A stretch of 64,000 nt of DNA from Polyangiaceae bacterium (GCA_050287085.1 JBNKBE010000001.1:64001-128000); one strand, 5' to 3'. Positions 21,144 through 30,704 are shown, counted from the stretch's first letter. Numbers and translations: made by a program. Notes: a model not told the origin generated them from the letters alone.

Positions 21144-24035
21144 ATGATCCCCGGTTTTGGCAAGCAAAGCATTACGATTGGCAGCAGCCCGCAGTGCGAC
21201 ATTCAGCTCAGCGGCGCTGGTGTCCAGCCTCTTCACGCACGTGTAGAGCGTGAAGCACGAGGGCTGCGGATCGTCGATCAAAACACGGGCACGGTCGCGG
21301 TCGACGGCGCTGTACTGCCAAGCGGGGGGAGCGCGGCATTCAACTTCCGCGAGCAGTTCACCTTCGCTTCCGCCGCGCTACCGCTAACTCATCCGGCACT
21401 GGTTCTGATGCTGATGAGCACCGGTCAGCTGCCAGCAACAGGAGGTGAGCTGGTACTTGGCCGCGATCCGGCTCGCTGTCACATCGCTCTCGCTCACCCG
21501 AATGTCTCAGGGCGTCATGCGACGATTCAACGTTCACCCTTGAGCGTCACCGATCATGGATCAACCAGCGGCACTTGGCTCAACGGACAACAGCTCCCCA
21601 CCGAAGCCGCGACTGCCCTTGAGCCAAACGCCCTGATTGCAGTCGGCCCAGTGCCCGTGCCAGTGGGCCTCGCCTTGCAGCTGATGGGAGCACCGCCGCT
21701 GGCCGCAGGCCGTCCTGGCGGGGCGAAGCGCCATCGCACCGTCTTGGGGCAAATGTCGGTGAGTCAGGCAACCCAGACGATCGGACGTACCCCTGACAAC
21801 GACATTCAAATAGATCACGCCCAGGTGTCCAGCAAACATGCCTTGCTGCACAGGAGCGACGGCAAACTCTTCATCGAGGACCGCGGCAGCGCCAACGGTA
21901 CTTATGTTCGTGGTCAGCGCATAGAACCTCGTCAGAAGGTCCCCGTCAACGCTGGAGAGCGAGTGTTCATCGGTCCAATGCCCCTGCTTCTCGAAGGGCA
22001 AGCCGACTCGAACGCCAACGTTGAAGTCATAGTCGAGGACCACGAGGACTGGAGCGGGCGACCTCTCTACGAGATCGAAGCATGGGACCTGGTACTGCAG
22101 GTGCCCGACCGGGACAACCCCAAGGAGCTCAAAACGCTCCTCGATCACGTGAGCTTCAAGGCCATGCCGGGCGACTTTATCGCTTTGATGGGACCCAGCG
22201 GGGCCGGCAAGACAACGCTCCTGTTGACATTAAACGGCTATCTTCCGCCGAACGGAGGACAGGTCCGCATCAACGGCGAGGACCTATACAGCATCTACGA
22301 CGCTCTCCGCGGCTCTATCGGATACGTCCCGCAGGACGATATTGTTCACCCAGAGCTCACCGTCTACGAAGCGGTGCGCTACAGCGCGAAGTTCCGCCTG
22401 CCCAGGGACTACTCGGAAGAAGAAATCGAGCGCAGAGTCAACACCACTCTGCAGCAATTGGGGCTCGAGTCCGTCGCGCATCTGCAAATCGGCAAGCCGG
22501 AAAACAAGATCCTCAGCGGCGGTCAGCGCAAGCGCGTGAACATCGCGATGGAATTGGTGACCGATCCGGTGATCATGTTTCTGGACGAACCCACCAGCGG
22601 TCTCGCCGCCGATGACACGACCGCCCTGGTTTCGCTACTTCAGGGTCTTGCCAAGAGCACTGGCAAGACCATCATCACGACCATTCATCAACCTGCGAAG
22701 GATGAATTCGAGAAGTTCAATCTCTGCCTGATAATGGGGCCGGGGGGTATCCCCATCTTCTACGGTCCCACCGCGCCGGACGCGTATCGGTTCTTTGGTA
22801 CCCAGTTGGAGCGGATGGGGAAGCCAAACGACGTGGACAATCCGCGTGACATGTTTGACATGCTCAATCTGCGCGAGAGGGAGCTCCTGGGCAGGACGCA
22901 GGGCGCGCCCGAAAATCGCTTCGCGATGCGCCAACAGGCCGCGCGGATGTGGGCCGCGGAGTTCTTCGAACAGCAGCACCCTACTTTCCAGAAGATGTAC
23001 TCTGGACGCCGCGCTGTAGGTTCCGGCGGGGCCCCTCAGGCTCTTCCTTCCGGGCGCCCGAAGACAAGTGGACAGTTCGGGCTGCTGCTGAGCCGCTACG
23101 CGAAAATCAAGCTTCGTGACAAGTCTGGCACATGGATCATGTTCTTGCAGGCACCGATTATCGGGGTCTTGCTCGCTTTGGTGTTTGGCGGGCAGAAACC
23201 CGCGATCCCCTTCTGGTGCCTGGGCGCGCTGCAAGAGCTCAGCAAGAAGAGCAGCGAGCCGATCGAGGGGAGTTCCGAGCTACTGAAGAACATGCAGACG
23301 ACGCCCGACCACGCGGCGGCGCTCTTCTTTGTTGTTGTGTCTGCTGTTTGGTTTGGCACGAGCAACGCAGCCCGTGAGATCGTGAGTGAGAGAGCGATCT
23401 ACTTGCGCGAACGAATGGTGAACCTAGGACTTTTCAACTACCTGTTTTCCAAGTTCTTGTTTCTGAGCTTCGTTTGCGTCGTCCAATGCGCTGTCTTGCT
23501 GGCGATTGTATTCTTTGCGCTCGGCTTTAGCGGCGGGCCACAAGCGTTCCTGCTGGATCTGGCTACACTGGTCGTAACAGCTATGAACTCCGTGGCGCTG
23601 GGACTCTTCCTGAGCACCATGGTAACAAGCGGCGAGGCCGCGATGGCCCTGACTCCGATTGCTCTCATCCCCCAGGTTGTGCTGGGCGGGTTGATGGTCC
23701 CCATGACGACCAACCCGCTGCTTCAATGGCCCATGTATCTAATGCCGGCGCGCTGGGGGTTCCAGGGAATGGTCGCCCAAGAGCGAATAGCGGTCATGAA
23801 CAAGCCCGCCTGGATCATCGACCTCAAGCGCCCAACGCTCAACAGCCTCGATAACTTCGTCGATGGCGGTCTCTTCAAGTGTGCCAAGGCGCAGCTAGCG
23901 TCTGCCGACTTCAATGGCGCCTGGGGGTTCGTCAATTACCACATCCAATGGCTGCCATGGGCCGTGCTCGGAAGCATGATGTTCGTAACCTTGGTTGCGA
24001 TCATCGTTGTACTGCGCAAGCGCGATCGCATCTAA
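21144..24035 (+). CDS. Three FHA domains + ABC ATPase + ABC-2/ABCG permease (Rv1747-like architecture)
   Basis: Three FHA-like units, Walker A GPSGAGKTT, LSGGQRKR signature, Walker B MFLDEPTSGL, TIHQP, REIVSERAIYLRER and about 6 TM helices. AGGAG precedes the ATG. Confidence 0.92.
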   Translation: MIPGFGKQSITIGSSPQCDIQLSGAGVQPLHARVEREARGLRIVDQNTGTVAVDGAVLPSGGSAAFNFREQFTFASAALPLTHPALVLMLMSTGQLPATGGELVLGRDPARCHIALAHPNVSGRHATIQRSPLSVTDHGSTSGTWLNGQQLPTEAATALEPNALIAVGPVPVPVGLALQLMGAPPLAAGRPGGAKRHRTVLGQMSVSQATQTIGRTPDNDIQIDHAQVSSKHALLHRSDGKLFIEDRGSANGTYVRGQRIEPRQKVPVNAGERVFIGPMPLLLEGQADSNANVEVIVEDHEDWSGRPLYEIEAWDLVLQVPDRDNPKELKTLLDHVSFKAMPGDFIALMGPSGAGKTTLLLTLNGYLPPNGGQVRINGEDLYSIYDALRGSIGYVPQDDIVHPELTVYEAVRYSAKFRLPRDYSEEEIERRVNTTLQQLGLESVAHLQIGKPENKILSGGQRKRVNIAMELVTDPVIMFLDEPTSGLAADDTTALVSLLQGLAKSTGKTIITTIHQPAKDEFEKFNLCLIMGPGGIPIFYGPTAPDAYRFFGTQLERMGKPNDVDNPRDMFDMLNLRERELLGRTQGAPENRFAMRQQAARMWAAEFFEQQHPTFQKMYSGRRAVGSGGAPQALPSGRPKTSGQFGLLLSRYAKIKLRDKSGTWIMFLQAPIIGVLLALVFGGQKPAIPFWCLGALQELSKKSSEPIEGSSELLKNMQTTPDHAAALFFVVVSAVWFGTSNAAREIVSERAIYLRERMVNLGLFNYLFSKFLFLSFVCVVQCAVLLAIVFFALGFSGGPQAFLLDLATLVVTAMNSVALGLFLSTMVTSGEAAMALTPIALIPQVVLGGLMVPMTTNPLLQWPMYLMPARWGFQGMVAQERIAVMNKPAWIIDLKRPTLNSLDNFVDGGLFKCAKAQLASADFNGAWGFVNYHIQWLPWAVLGSMMFVTLVAIIVVLRKRDRI

Positions 24036-24068
24036 TACGACAAGCTCGGCCGACCCGAGCTGGCAGCT

Positions 24069-25427
24069 TCAGAACTCTCCAGCTAGCGCCAGGCCCAAGC
24101 CCCCTGGGGTGAGCGTCCCCGGTAACCCCGGGGTCACGGTCGGCAGCACCCACACTCCCCCGGCCGCTTGCGAGTAGCGGGAGTCCGGACTGAGATTGCG
24201 GGTCAGGAGGTAGCTGACGTAGGTGCCTCCAGCCATTCCTAGCAGTGCTGCCCCGGACCATATTCGTCCCGTGGTGCGGCCCGAACCGCCCGTACCGGTT
24301 GCGATGGCAGCCGCGCCCCAGCCGCCCAGCGCGCCCAAAGCGGCGCCCAGCCCCACGTAGCGCTGACGGGAGATCGACCAGTCGAGATCACGACCAAACA
24401 CCACACCGAGACCCGTTCCCAGGTCCAACCCCGCTGCCAACCCCAACAACACTATCTCGGTAGATGAGTTTTTCGGTTGGAGTACCCCGAAGCCCAACCC
24501 CACGGCGGCCAATCCCATCACCCCCGTCATCCCGGCAAAGCCCACTTGCCCTCGCGTAGGGCGAGCTCGATCGCCCGCCAGGAAACCGCCAAGACCACCT
24601 AAGGTCGTGCCGAGCACCACGGCCGTCTGGACGCCTTCGCTGGAATCGAGTTTCATACTCGTACCAAGAAGCAGCCCATTGGCGGCGCCGAAAATTAGGC
24701 CCGTCGAATACGCGTCCGCCGTGGACTCGCTTAGATCGCCACCTTCCGTCCCGTAGTAGCTCCCCAGAAAGCCGATCGCCGTCGTGGTGAGAACGATTGA
24801 TACGCCCACGCGAAAGTCGGAGACGTTTGCTATGTCCAAGACATAGATGCCCCCATAAGCGCCCGCGATGGTCGAGCTCACGACGAAGCTAGCTCGTCCC
24901 GACTCGTCAGGCGGAGCAGGCTGAGCTTGCCGCTGAAAGCTCAGCCGAGCCCCGCGAGACGCGAGTCTTCCCGCGATCTGGCTGAGCTCCAGATCGACCG
25001 AAGCGTGGGGGCCGCCCCGCGTCGAGCACTCGGCCAGACGGGCCCGCGCACTGCCGAAATCGCCACGCATGAAGTCATCGACGCCAGCGCTGTGGCAGAT
25101 AGCGTCGTCGACGGCAGCGTCTACCGCCATCGTTGGCGGCGGTTCAGGCTCCGACGGAGGGCCTTCCGCTGGTTGTGGAACCGCCCCCGAGGCTTCGGAC
25201 GCGGTCGCTTCGGACGCGGTCGTTTCGGACGCGGTCGTTTCGGACGCGGTCGTTTCGGACGCGGTCGCTTCGGCGCCCCCCGTCAGAGCCGGTGCCGGCT
25301 GAGCCCCTGCGGACTCTGCGACCAACACGACCACCCACGGCAAACCGCTTCGCCGGGGCACGCTCCGTCGAATCCATTTCGATAGTTTCACCCGCGTGAA
25401 GCTACTCTGGAGCGGGCGCGCTGCCAA
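24069..25427 (-). CDS. Glycine-rich multi-pass membrane protein with N-terminal TPR-like helix
   Basis: Signal-like N-terminus, ASETT repeats, FMRGDFGSARARL, then many Gly-rich hydrophobic segments, ending GLALAGEF. Start uncertain. Confidence 0.7.
   Translation of the reverse strand: MAARPLQSSFTRVKLSKWIRRSVPRRSGLPWVVVLVAESAGAQPAPALTGGAEATASETTASETTASETTASEATASEASGAVPQPAEGPPSEPEPPPTMAVDAAVDDAICHSAGVDDFMRGDFGSARARLAECSTRGGPHASVDLELSQIAGRLASRGARLSFQRQAQPAPPDESGRASFVVSSTIAGAYGGIYVLDIANVSDFRVGVSIVLTTTAIGFLGSYYGTEGGDLSESTADAYSTGLIFGAANGLLLGTSMKLDSSEGVQTAVVLGTTLGGLGGFLAGDRARPTRGQVGFAGMTGVMGLAAVGLGFGVLQPKNSSTEIVLLGLAAGLDLGTGLGVVFGRDLDWSISRQRYVGLGAALGALGGWGAAAIATGTGGSGRTTGRIWSGAALLGMAGGTYVSYLLTRNLSPDSRYSQAAGGVWVLPTVTPGLPGTLTPGGLGLALAGEF
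25192..25273 (-). repeat. In-frame 15-bp tandem repeat (ASETT/ASEAT)
   Basis: ttcggacgcggtcg(c/t), about 5 copies. Confidence 0.92.
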
Positions 25428-25494
25428 TCACCGACCCTTGCTGGCCGTGGCTCAGGGCCGGCACGTCTCCCCTTCGGCCGAGCCTAGCTCAAAC

Positions 25495-25809
25495 TTAGCT
25501 CAGTTCGCCCGCTTCAGACTTTTTGATCCAGGCTCGGATCTCTTCTTCGATCACAGCAATGGCCTTGCCCTTGAACGGCCGCAGAAGAAAAGGGACCTCC
25601 AGTTCGAGATCGATCGTGGTGGGATGCACCTCCAACGCACCCGAGAGCTTCAACCCTTTGGCGCTGAAGCCGATCTCACCGCGCTGCTCGCTCACCCAGT
25701 TCAGGGTAGGGCTGTACTCCGAAAAACGCTGTGAGTACGTCTCCCATGCGGCCACTGCGACTTTCTTGGCGTTTTCCTGTCCTAGCTGATGCGCCACCTG
25801 ATGCTTCAT
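25495..25809 (-). CDS. Small protein resembling the polyhydroxyalkanoic-acid-system (PHA_gran_rgn) family
   Basis: H-x-LG start, W...F...G..LSG.LEV...IDLELEVPFLLRPFKGK...IEEEI pattern; 104 aa. Confidence 0.6.
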   Translation of the reverse strand: MKHQVAHQLGQENAKKVAVAAWETYSQRFSEYSPTLNWVSEQRGEIGFSAKGLKLSGALEVHPTTIDLELEVPFLLRPFKGKAIAVIEEEIRAWIKKSEAGELS

Positions 25810-26007
25810 GCCCAGGTTGTCCGCCAAACGCATGCGAGAAGTCAACTATCAGCCCAAGGGCTGGAGCGCCGGGCAACAACCCCGTGACCCGGTACCCAAG
25901 GCCGAACGACCCAGTGTTCGCACGCCTGCCACGGCTAGAAACGCGTCGGAAGCCCGAACGCCCCTTTCCTTGCGGCAGTGTTTCTGCGATGAGCCCAAGG
26001 CGCAGTC

Positions 26008-26901
26008 ATGGCTAGAATCGGAATCGACTTCGGCGGCACTCAAATCAAGATCGCAAGCGTGGACGCTGACGGCACAATCGGTGCCCAACTGGCGCTCGAC
26101 ACGCCCCAAAACGCAAGTCCCGATGCCGTCGTAGAACGCATCGCCGAGGCCATTGTCGAAGTTGAGGCCGCCCCTGAGGCCATCGGACTGGCCATTCCTG
26201 GTCAAGTCGATGCACTCGGCCGCGTGTACCGTCTGCCCAACGTTCCCGGCTTCGAACGTTTCCCTCTGGCGGCAGCGCTCCAGCGCCACATCACCTGCCC
26301 CGTTGTGGTGGAGAACGATGGCAATGCCGCAGCCCATGGTGAAGCCTTATTCGGCGCGGGTCAGCAATACCGAAGCTTTGCCATGATCACGCTCGGAACC
26401 GGAATCGGCGCGGGCATCGTCATCGATGGCCGCGTGCGCACCGGCGCTCACGGCTTTGCCGCGGAGCTCGGCCATCTGCGCGTGGACAACACCGAAGCGG
26501 CTGAACTCTGCGGCTGCGGACGACGGGGATGTGTCGAAGCCTACGCCGGAACCCGCGCCCTGCTGCGAGAGTTCCAACGCCAGGGCGCCATCGCGACGGA
26601 AATCCTGCCGGTAGCAGACTCGGCTAGGCGGGGAGAGAGCGCCGGCAAGGCGGCCTTTGCGATGATGGCACGGGGTCTTGCGGGAGGGATTACTGCGTTG
26701 CAAACGCTGCTCGACCTCGACGCCATCGTGTTCACCGGAGGGATCTCTCGCTCCTTCGATTTGTTGGAGCAGCCGCTCCGGCAGGAAGTGCGAGGACTAG
26801 CTTACAGTGAGCCCCTAGGCGAGGTCCCTCTCGTCGTGAGCGCCTTGGGGGCGAGCGCTGGCGTCATCGGAGCGTCACACCTCGATCGTTTGCTCGCGTA
26901 G
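26008..26901 (+). CDS. ROK family sugar kinase (glucokinase-like)
   Basis: IGIDFGGT, ENDGNAAAHGE, TLGTGIGAG, ELGH and CGCGRRGCVE zinc motif. No HTH. Confidence 0.92.
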   Translation: MARIGIDFGGTQIKIASVDADGTIGAQLALDTPQNASPDAVVERIAEAIVEVEAAPEAIGLAIPGQVDALGRVYRLPNVPGFERFPLAAALQRHITCPVVVENDGNAAAHGEALFGAGQQYRSFAMITLGTGIGAGIVIDGRVRTGAHGFAAELGHLRVDNTEAAELCGCGRRGCVEAYAGTRALLREFQRQGAIATEILPVADSARRGESAGKAAFAMMARGLAGGITALQTLLDLDAIVFTGGISRSFDLLEQPLRQEVRGLAYSEPLGEVPLVVSALGASAGVIGASHLDRLLA

Positions 26902-26962
26902 GGCCCGCGGACGGGAAAGTCGGTCGCGAGCTGGTCGAGTAGGACAATTCGCGAGCCCTTAA
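26899..26962 (+). repeat. Short dispersed MITE/REP-like element, copy C
   Basis: TAGGGCCCGCGGACGGGAAAGTCGGTCGCGAGCTGGTCGAGTAGGACAATTCGCGAGCCCTTAA. Ends are imperfect inverted repeats flanked by TA, and it begins at the ROK stop codon. Confidence 0.68.
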
Positions 26963-27051
26963 TCTCCCAACAGCGGCGGCGCCCGGCTCGGCGCAGCCCG
27001 CCTGAAGTCCGGATGACGCGCCCTTGACCGCGCGCGTCAATGCGCTGACAG

Positions 27052-28485
27052 ATGTTCCGCCTGGGCTTCCCAATGGGTGAGGCCGAGAGCTCGATCGGGT
27101 CGTCTTCGCTCTCGGCCCGCGCCTTGCATGGACGCCAGACGATGTCGTCCGCTTCCGTCTCAACCGACCCAGCCTGCCCCGTTTGTGGTGACACCCGAGG
27201 CCGCCCCATCGCAAGTCGCGTGCGCTTCGGCTACGCGCTATCGACCCAATGCTGCCTGCACTGCCCTACCGCCTACCGCAGTCCGCGCGCCCCGGACGCT
27301 GTCCTACTCGAGAACTACGAGAGCGAACGGCGCGCAGACCGCGCACGAGCCGCCCTATTCACCGATGAGGGTCCCATTCCCCCAAGCGACCCGCGCTACG
27401 CACGGGCACGTCGCGCCCGCGCGGAAGTCAGAGCCGTCAACGCCTTGCAGCTAAGCAACGCGCAGGCCGGCGATCACGTCCTGGACTTGGAGTGCGGCGA
27501 TGGCTTGGTTCTCACCGCAGCTCAAGAGCTCTTCGATATCGTTCCCTACGGCATCGAACCGTGTGCGGATCAACTGCCGGCCTTGAAGGCAGGGGGTGTG
27601 GCGGCGATACAACAGCCCATCGACAACCTGGACCCGGGCGTCCCATTCGCCGGACGGCCCGCACGAGGATTTGACCGGATCCTCGCGTTTCGGTCGCTGC
27701 AACGGGTACCGAATCCGGTGGCCCTGTTGATGCGCTGTCGAGAAGCGTTGGCGAAAGACGGAAAGCTTGTACTCGAGACAAGCAACCTCTCGCAACCCCA
27801 TGGCTCGCTGGAGGATAACTTCCTCCAACGCCAGGACCTGACGCTGTTCACCCTGCCCAGCCTGTGTGCGATTCTACGCCGGACCGGATACATCGTGGAG
27901 GAGTGCTACGAAGGGAAGATTCTCTACGTGGTGGCACGAAGGGACAGCCGTACCCTGAACCTGCCGCTCCCCTTCACCGAAGACCTCCTCGGCGAACAGC
28001 CACCGTCGGGGCAGGCCGTTGCGCAATGCCTCGCCACCTACGCCGCGATGGAGCAAACTCGACGAGAGATCAAAGCGCAAGGCCCCGATATGGACCGCCT
28101 CCACGCGCTCGTGCATCAGTTGATGCAACCAGCCTTTGTCCACCATGTGGTGGACTGCATTCTTGACCTCGTCGACTACTTCATGGGCCACGAAGCGTTG
28201 GGCCTAGCCTGCCTGGTAGCCACTGCGGCGTCGGAAGGGCCTTACCCTCAAGCGCTCAAGGCAGGGTTTGAACGACTCGCCCTCAGCATTCGGGCCTCCG
28301 CTGAGAACGGTCCACCCGATACCCACCTACAGGAGGCTACCTTGCGCGAACTGGACGCGGCTTCCGGCCCCGTTCAGAGCGCGATCGAAACCATTCGCCA
28401 CGAGTTCGTCCTCGAAGGTGCCATTGGACACTTCCCCGCTCTGCACGGTGAACGCACGGCGCGGAAGGGCGCCGGCGCTTCCTGA
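27052..28485 (+). CDS. Class I SAM-dependent methyltransferase-like protein with Zn finger and C-terminal helical extension
   Basis: CPVCG...CLHC, VLDLECGDG (degenerate motif I), YGIEP and LAKDGKLVLETSN. Start may be 27141. Confidence 0.7.
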   Translation: MFRLGFPMGEAESSIGSSSLSARALHGRQTMSSASVSTDPACPVCGDTRGRPIASRVRFGYALSTQCCLHCPTAYRSPRAPDAVLLENYESERRADRARAALFTDEGPIPPSDPRYARARRARAEVRAVNALQLSNAQAGDHVLDLECGDGLVLTAAQELFDIVPYGIEPCADQLPALKAGGVAAIQQPIDNLDPGVPFAGRPARGFDRILAFRSLQRVPNPVALLMRCREALAKDGKLVLETSNLSQPHGSLEDNFLQRQDLTLFTLPSLCAILRRTGYIVEECYEGKILYVVARRDSRTLNLPLPFTEDLLGEQPPSGQAVAQCLATYAAMEQTRREIKAQGPDMDRLHALVHQLMQPAFVHHVVDCILDLVDYFMGHEALGLACLVATAASEGPYPQALKAGFERLALSIRASAENGPPDTHLQEATLRELDAASGPVQSAIETIRHEFVLEGAIGHFPALHGERTARKGAGAS

Positions 28486-28568
28486 GCCAAGCTAGGGCCC
28501 GCGAAGCTTGCACCGGCCCCGCGGTTGCATAGCTACCCAAGACGGAAACCTCATCCGGGTCCAAGGGG

Positions 28569-30062
28569 ATGCAAACGTGCTATCGATTACCCATGGCTGA
28601 CACTCGCAAACGCTCCGCCCTACGGTCCGTCCACTCCCCTATCAGCGGGTGCCTGAGTTTGCTTCTTGCCGCGACAGCCGCTTGCTCGAGCACGAAGAGC
28701 CCTGCCGACTTGAGCGGCCCCGAGTGCGAAGCACAGAAGACGCGACTGCTCGATCTGAACGCAGGGCTACCGGACGAAAGCACAACAACGCCCGTTCACG
28801 TGGCGCTGCCAACGGCGGGTCTACTTGGTACCATCGGTCAAGGTCCCGTTCTCGAGCTTGCAGAGTCGGGCGCTCTCCTGGACGGACAAGCCCTCCCCGG
28901 CGACAGTGTGGAATCCATCGCTGTTGCGCTCGCGCAAGCGTTGAAGGGGCGGGAGCAGGAAACGCTCTACGTCGCCGCGGCTTTTGACCTGGATATGACG
29001 CTGCTCTACCGCTTTCTGCAGGGGGTTCCCAAGCGACAGACGCTGAAGCTCGTCTTCACCTCGGCGAGCGCCGACGTGGCGCCGCCCAACGACGATGTGA
29101 CCTATGAACAAGCCGTGCGCGTCTTCAACGAAGCGAGCCCGTCCAAGCGGGAACAACTAGCCGAACAAGCCTTCGAAGCCTACTCGTCGTGCAACGCTCT
29201 AAACGACGCGGTCCATCAGGTACACGGTACTCCTCTCGCGGAACGCTGGAGACGACTGAAACCAAAGGTACAGCAGAGTTTGGCTCAATGCGAGTGCGGC
29301 GAACTCAACGCCCCGGCGCTTGAGTTCCTGCTCGTAGCTGAGCAGCGTGCCAATAGCGGTACGATGGGGGCGCTCAGCGCCAACTTCTTGCGAGATCCGC
29401 GCTGCGCAGCCACCATGCCACTGGCTACCACGCAGCAACTGTTGAAGGAGATCGAGAAGTTCGAAGAAGAGTTCTCTGGCGAATGGGAGGAAGACGCGCT
29501 GCGGTTTGAGAAGGTTGTTACGGAAGAACGACTCTTCAACTACCTATGTGTTGCCCTTCCGGGAGAAACCCTGGCCTTCTTGGAGAAAGAGTACGCAGAG
29601 CTCTATTGGAAGGTGCCAGGCAAGAGCGAATGCCAGACTTGGCGCTTCGAACCGCAGTCACGGGGCGCGCCCATGGGTACATGGCGTAGGGTCAGCCAAA
29701 ACTCGTCAGAGCCGGAGCTGGCCTTCCACTACCGCCAAGCCGCCGAAGAGCTGCGCCTCTTCGGGCCCGCCACAGCTGCGACCAGTGCCACGATGAGCGG
29801 CCCCTGGACTTGCGATCAAGACCTGCACATGAAAGGTGCAACGCCGGAATCCATCGTGCTCGAACAAGGCGGATGGTTTCTCTCGAAAGCGGAATGCGAC
29901 AAGGCACCCGCCTCAGCTGCGCTGAAGGGGTGCGCCGCAGAACTCGCCGCGGCGAACGATCCGGCCGCTGCCGTAGCGGCGATGACAGCAAACGCGGCCG
30001 TCGCGGGTGCCCAAACCACGACCGCACCCACCACGCCGGGGACCCCGGGCACGCACCCCTAA
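28569..30062 (+). CDS. Hypothetical lipoprotein (possible ExbD-like segment)
   Basis: LLLAATAAC lipobox-like. ALLDGQAL...LYVAAAFDLDMTLLYRFL resembles the ExbD periplasmic domain. Paired cysteines. Confidence 0.7.
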   Translation: MQTCYRLPMADTRKRSALRSVHSPISGCLSLLLAATAACSSTKSPADLSGPECEAQKTRLLDLNAGLPDESTTTPVHVALPTAGLLGTIGQGPVLELAESGALLDGQALPGDSVESIAVALAQALKGREQETLYVAAAFDLDMTLLYRFLQGVPKRQTLKLVFTSASADVAPPNDDVTYEQAVRVFNEASPSKREQLAEQAFEAYSSCNALNDAVHQVHGTPLAERWRRLKPKVQQSLAQCECGELNAPALEFLLVAEQRANSGTMGALSANFLRDPRCAATMPLATTQQLLKEIEKFEEEFSGEWEEDALRFEKVVTEERLFNYLCVALPGETLAFLEKEYAELYWKVPGKSECQTWRFEPQSRGAPMGTWRRVSQNSSEPELAFHYRQAAEELRLFGPATAATSATMSGPWTCDQDLHMKGATPESIVLEQGGWFLSKAECDKAPASAALKGCAAELAAANDPAAAVAAMTANAAVAGAQTTTAPTTPGTPGTHP

Positions 30063-30688
30063 GGGATTGCGGACGGTCCCCGTAGCCCGCCCGCCCGCGA
30101 CTTCAGGGCGCGCTCCTGCCAGGTTAGAAATACGGCAACGAGTCGACGGGCGAGCTCGGCGGATTCGACCACCTCCAGACAGGCTACCACCGCTTCAAAC
30201 GTGCTTAGGTAACCCAAAACCGGAGGCCGACGCAGCTGATCGAGCCGCTCGCTTGGCTCAAGGCGGATCGCGCGCGCCTCGCCGACCGCCGCCCGTCGCA
30301 CGAAGCGACGAGCCTGAGGCCAAGTGCCGTCCGGGACGATGATGCGCTGTGGAGGTCCATCGCTAGCCATAGCTGCCTCGGGGGTCAGGGCGTCGGGTTC
30401 TGGAAACAGCAGCCACGTCCTTGGCGTAGCGTGCAGCTGCGGCAAACCACTGCCCGCAAGCGACGGCGGCACCCCAAAAAGCGTAACGCGGGTATGCTCC
30501 AGGAGCAGCGGCAACAATCGTCCCGTGTTGGAAGGTCGAGACCAGTCGCGATAGTGCCCATAGATCTCGATGGTCGTTCGACAGGGGCTCCGCTGGAGCT
30601 CTGCGCAGAGGCATAACTCGACGCGAAGTCCACACCTGGGACAACGACGCGCGCGATAGCCCCGACCGGTGCACAATCGTCCAGACAT
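30059..30688 (-). CDS. DTW-domain tRNA-uridine aminocarboxypropyltransferase (TapT-like)
   Basis: CPRCGL...CLC, SNTGRL, LLFP, IIVPDGTWPQA (DTW motif) and LSTFEA. Confidence 0.88.
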   Translation of the reverse strand: MSGRLCTGRGYRARRCPRCGLRVELCLCAELQRSPCRTTIEIYGHYRDWSRPSNTGRLLPLLLEHTRVTLFGVPPSLAGSGLPQLHATPRTWLLFPEPDALTPEAAMASDGPPQRIIVPDGTWPQARRFVRRAAVGEARAIRLEPSERLDQLRRPPVLGYLSTFEAVVACLEVVESAELARRLVAVFLTWQERALKSRAGGLRGPSAIP

Positions 30689-30704
30689 GGCGCGACTCCT
30701 CCCG

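Noticed and set aside
30060..30076. TAAGGGATTGCGGACGG as another copy of the dispersed element
   Set aside because: Only a partial head match that diverges after 17 nt and lies inside the DTW gene 3' end.
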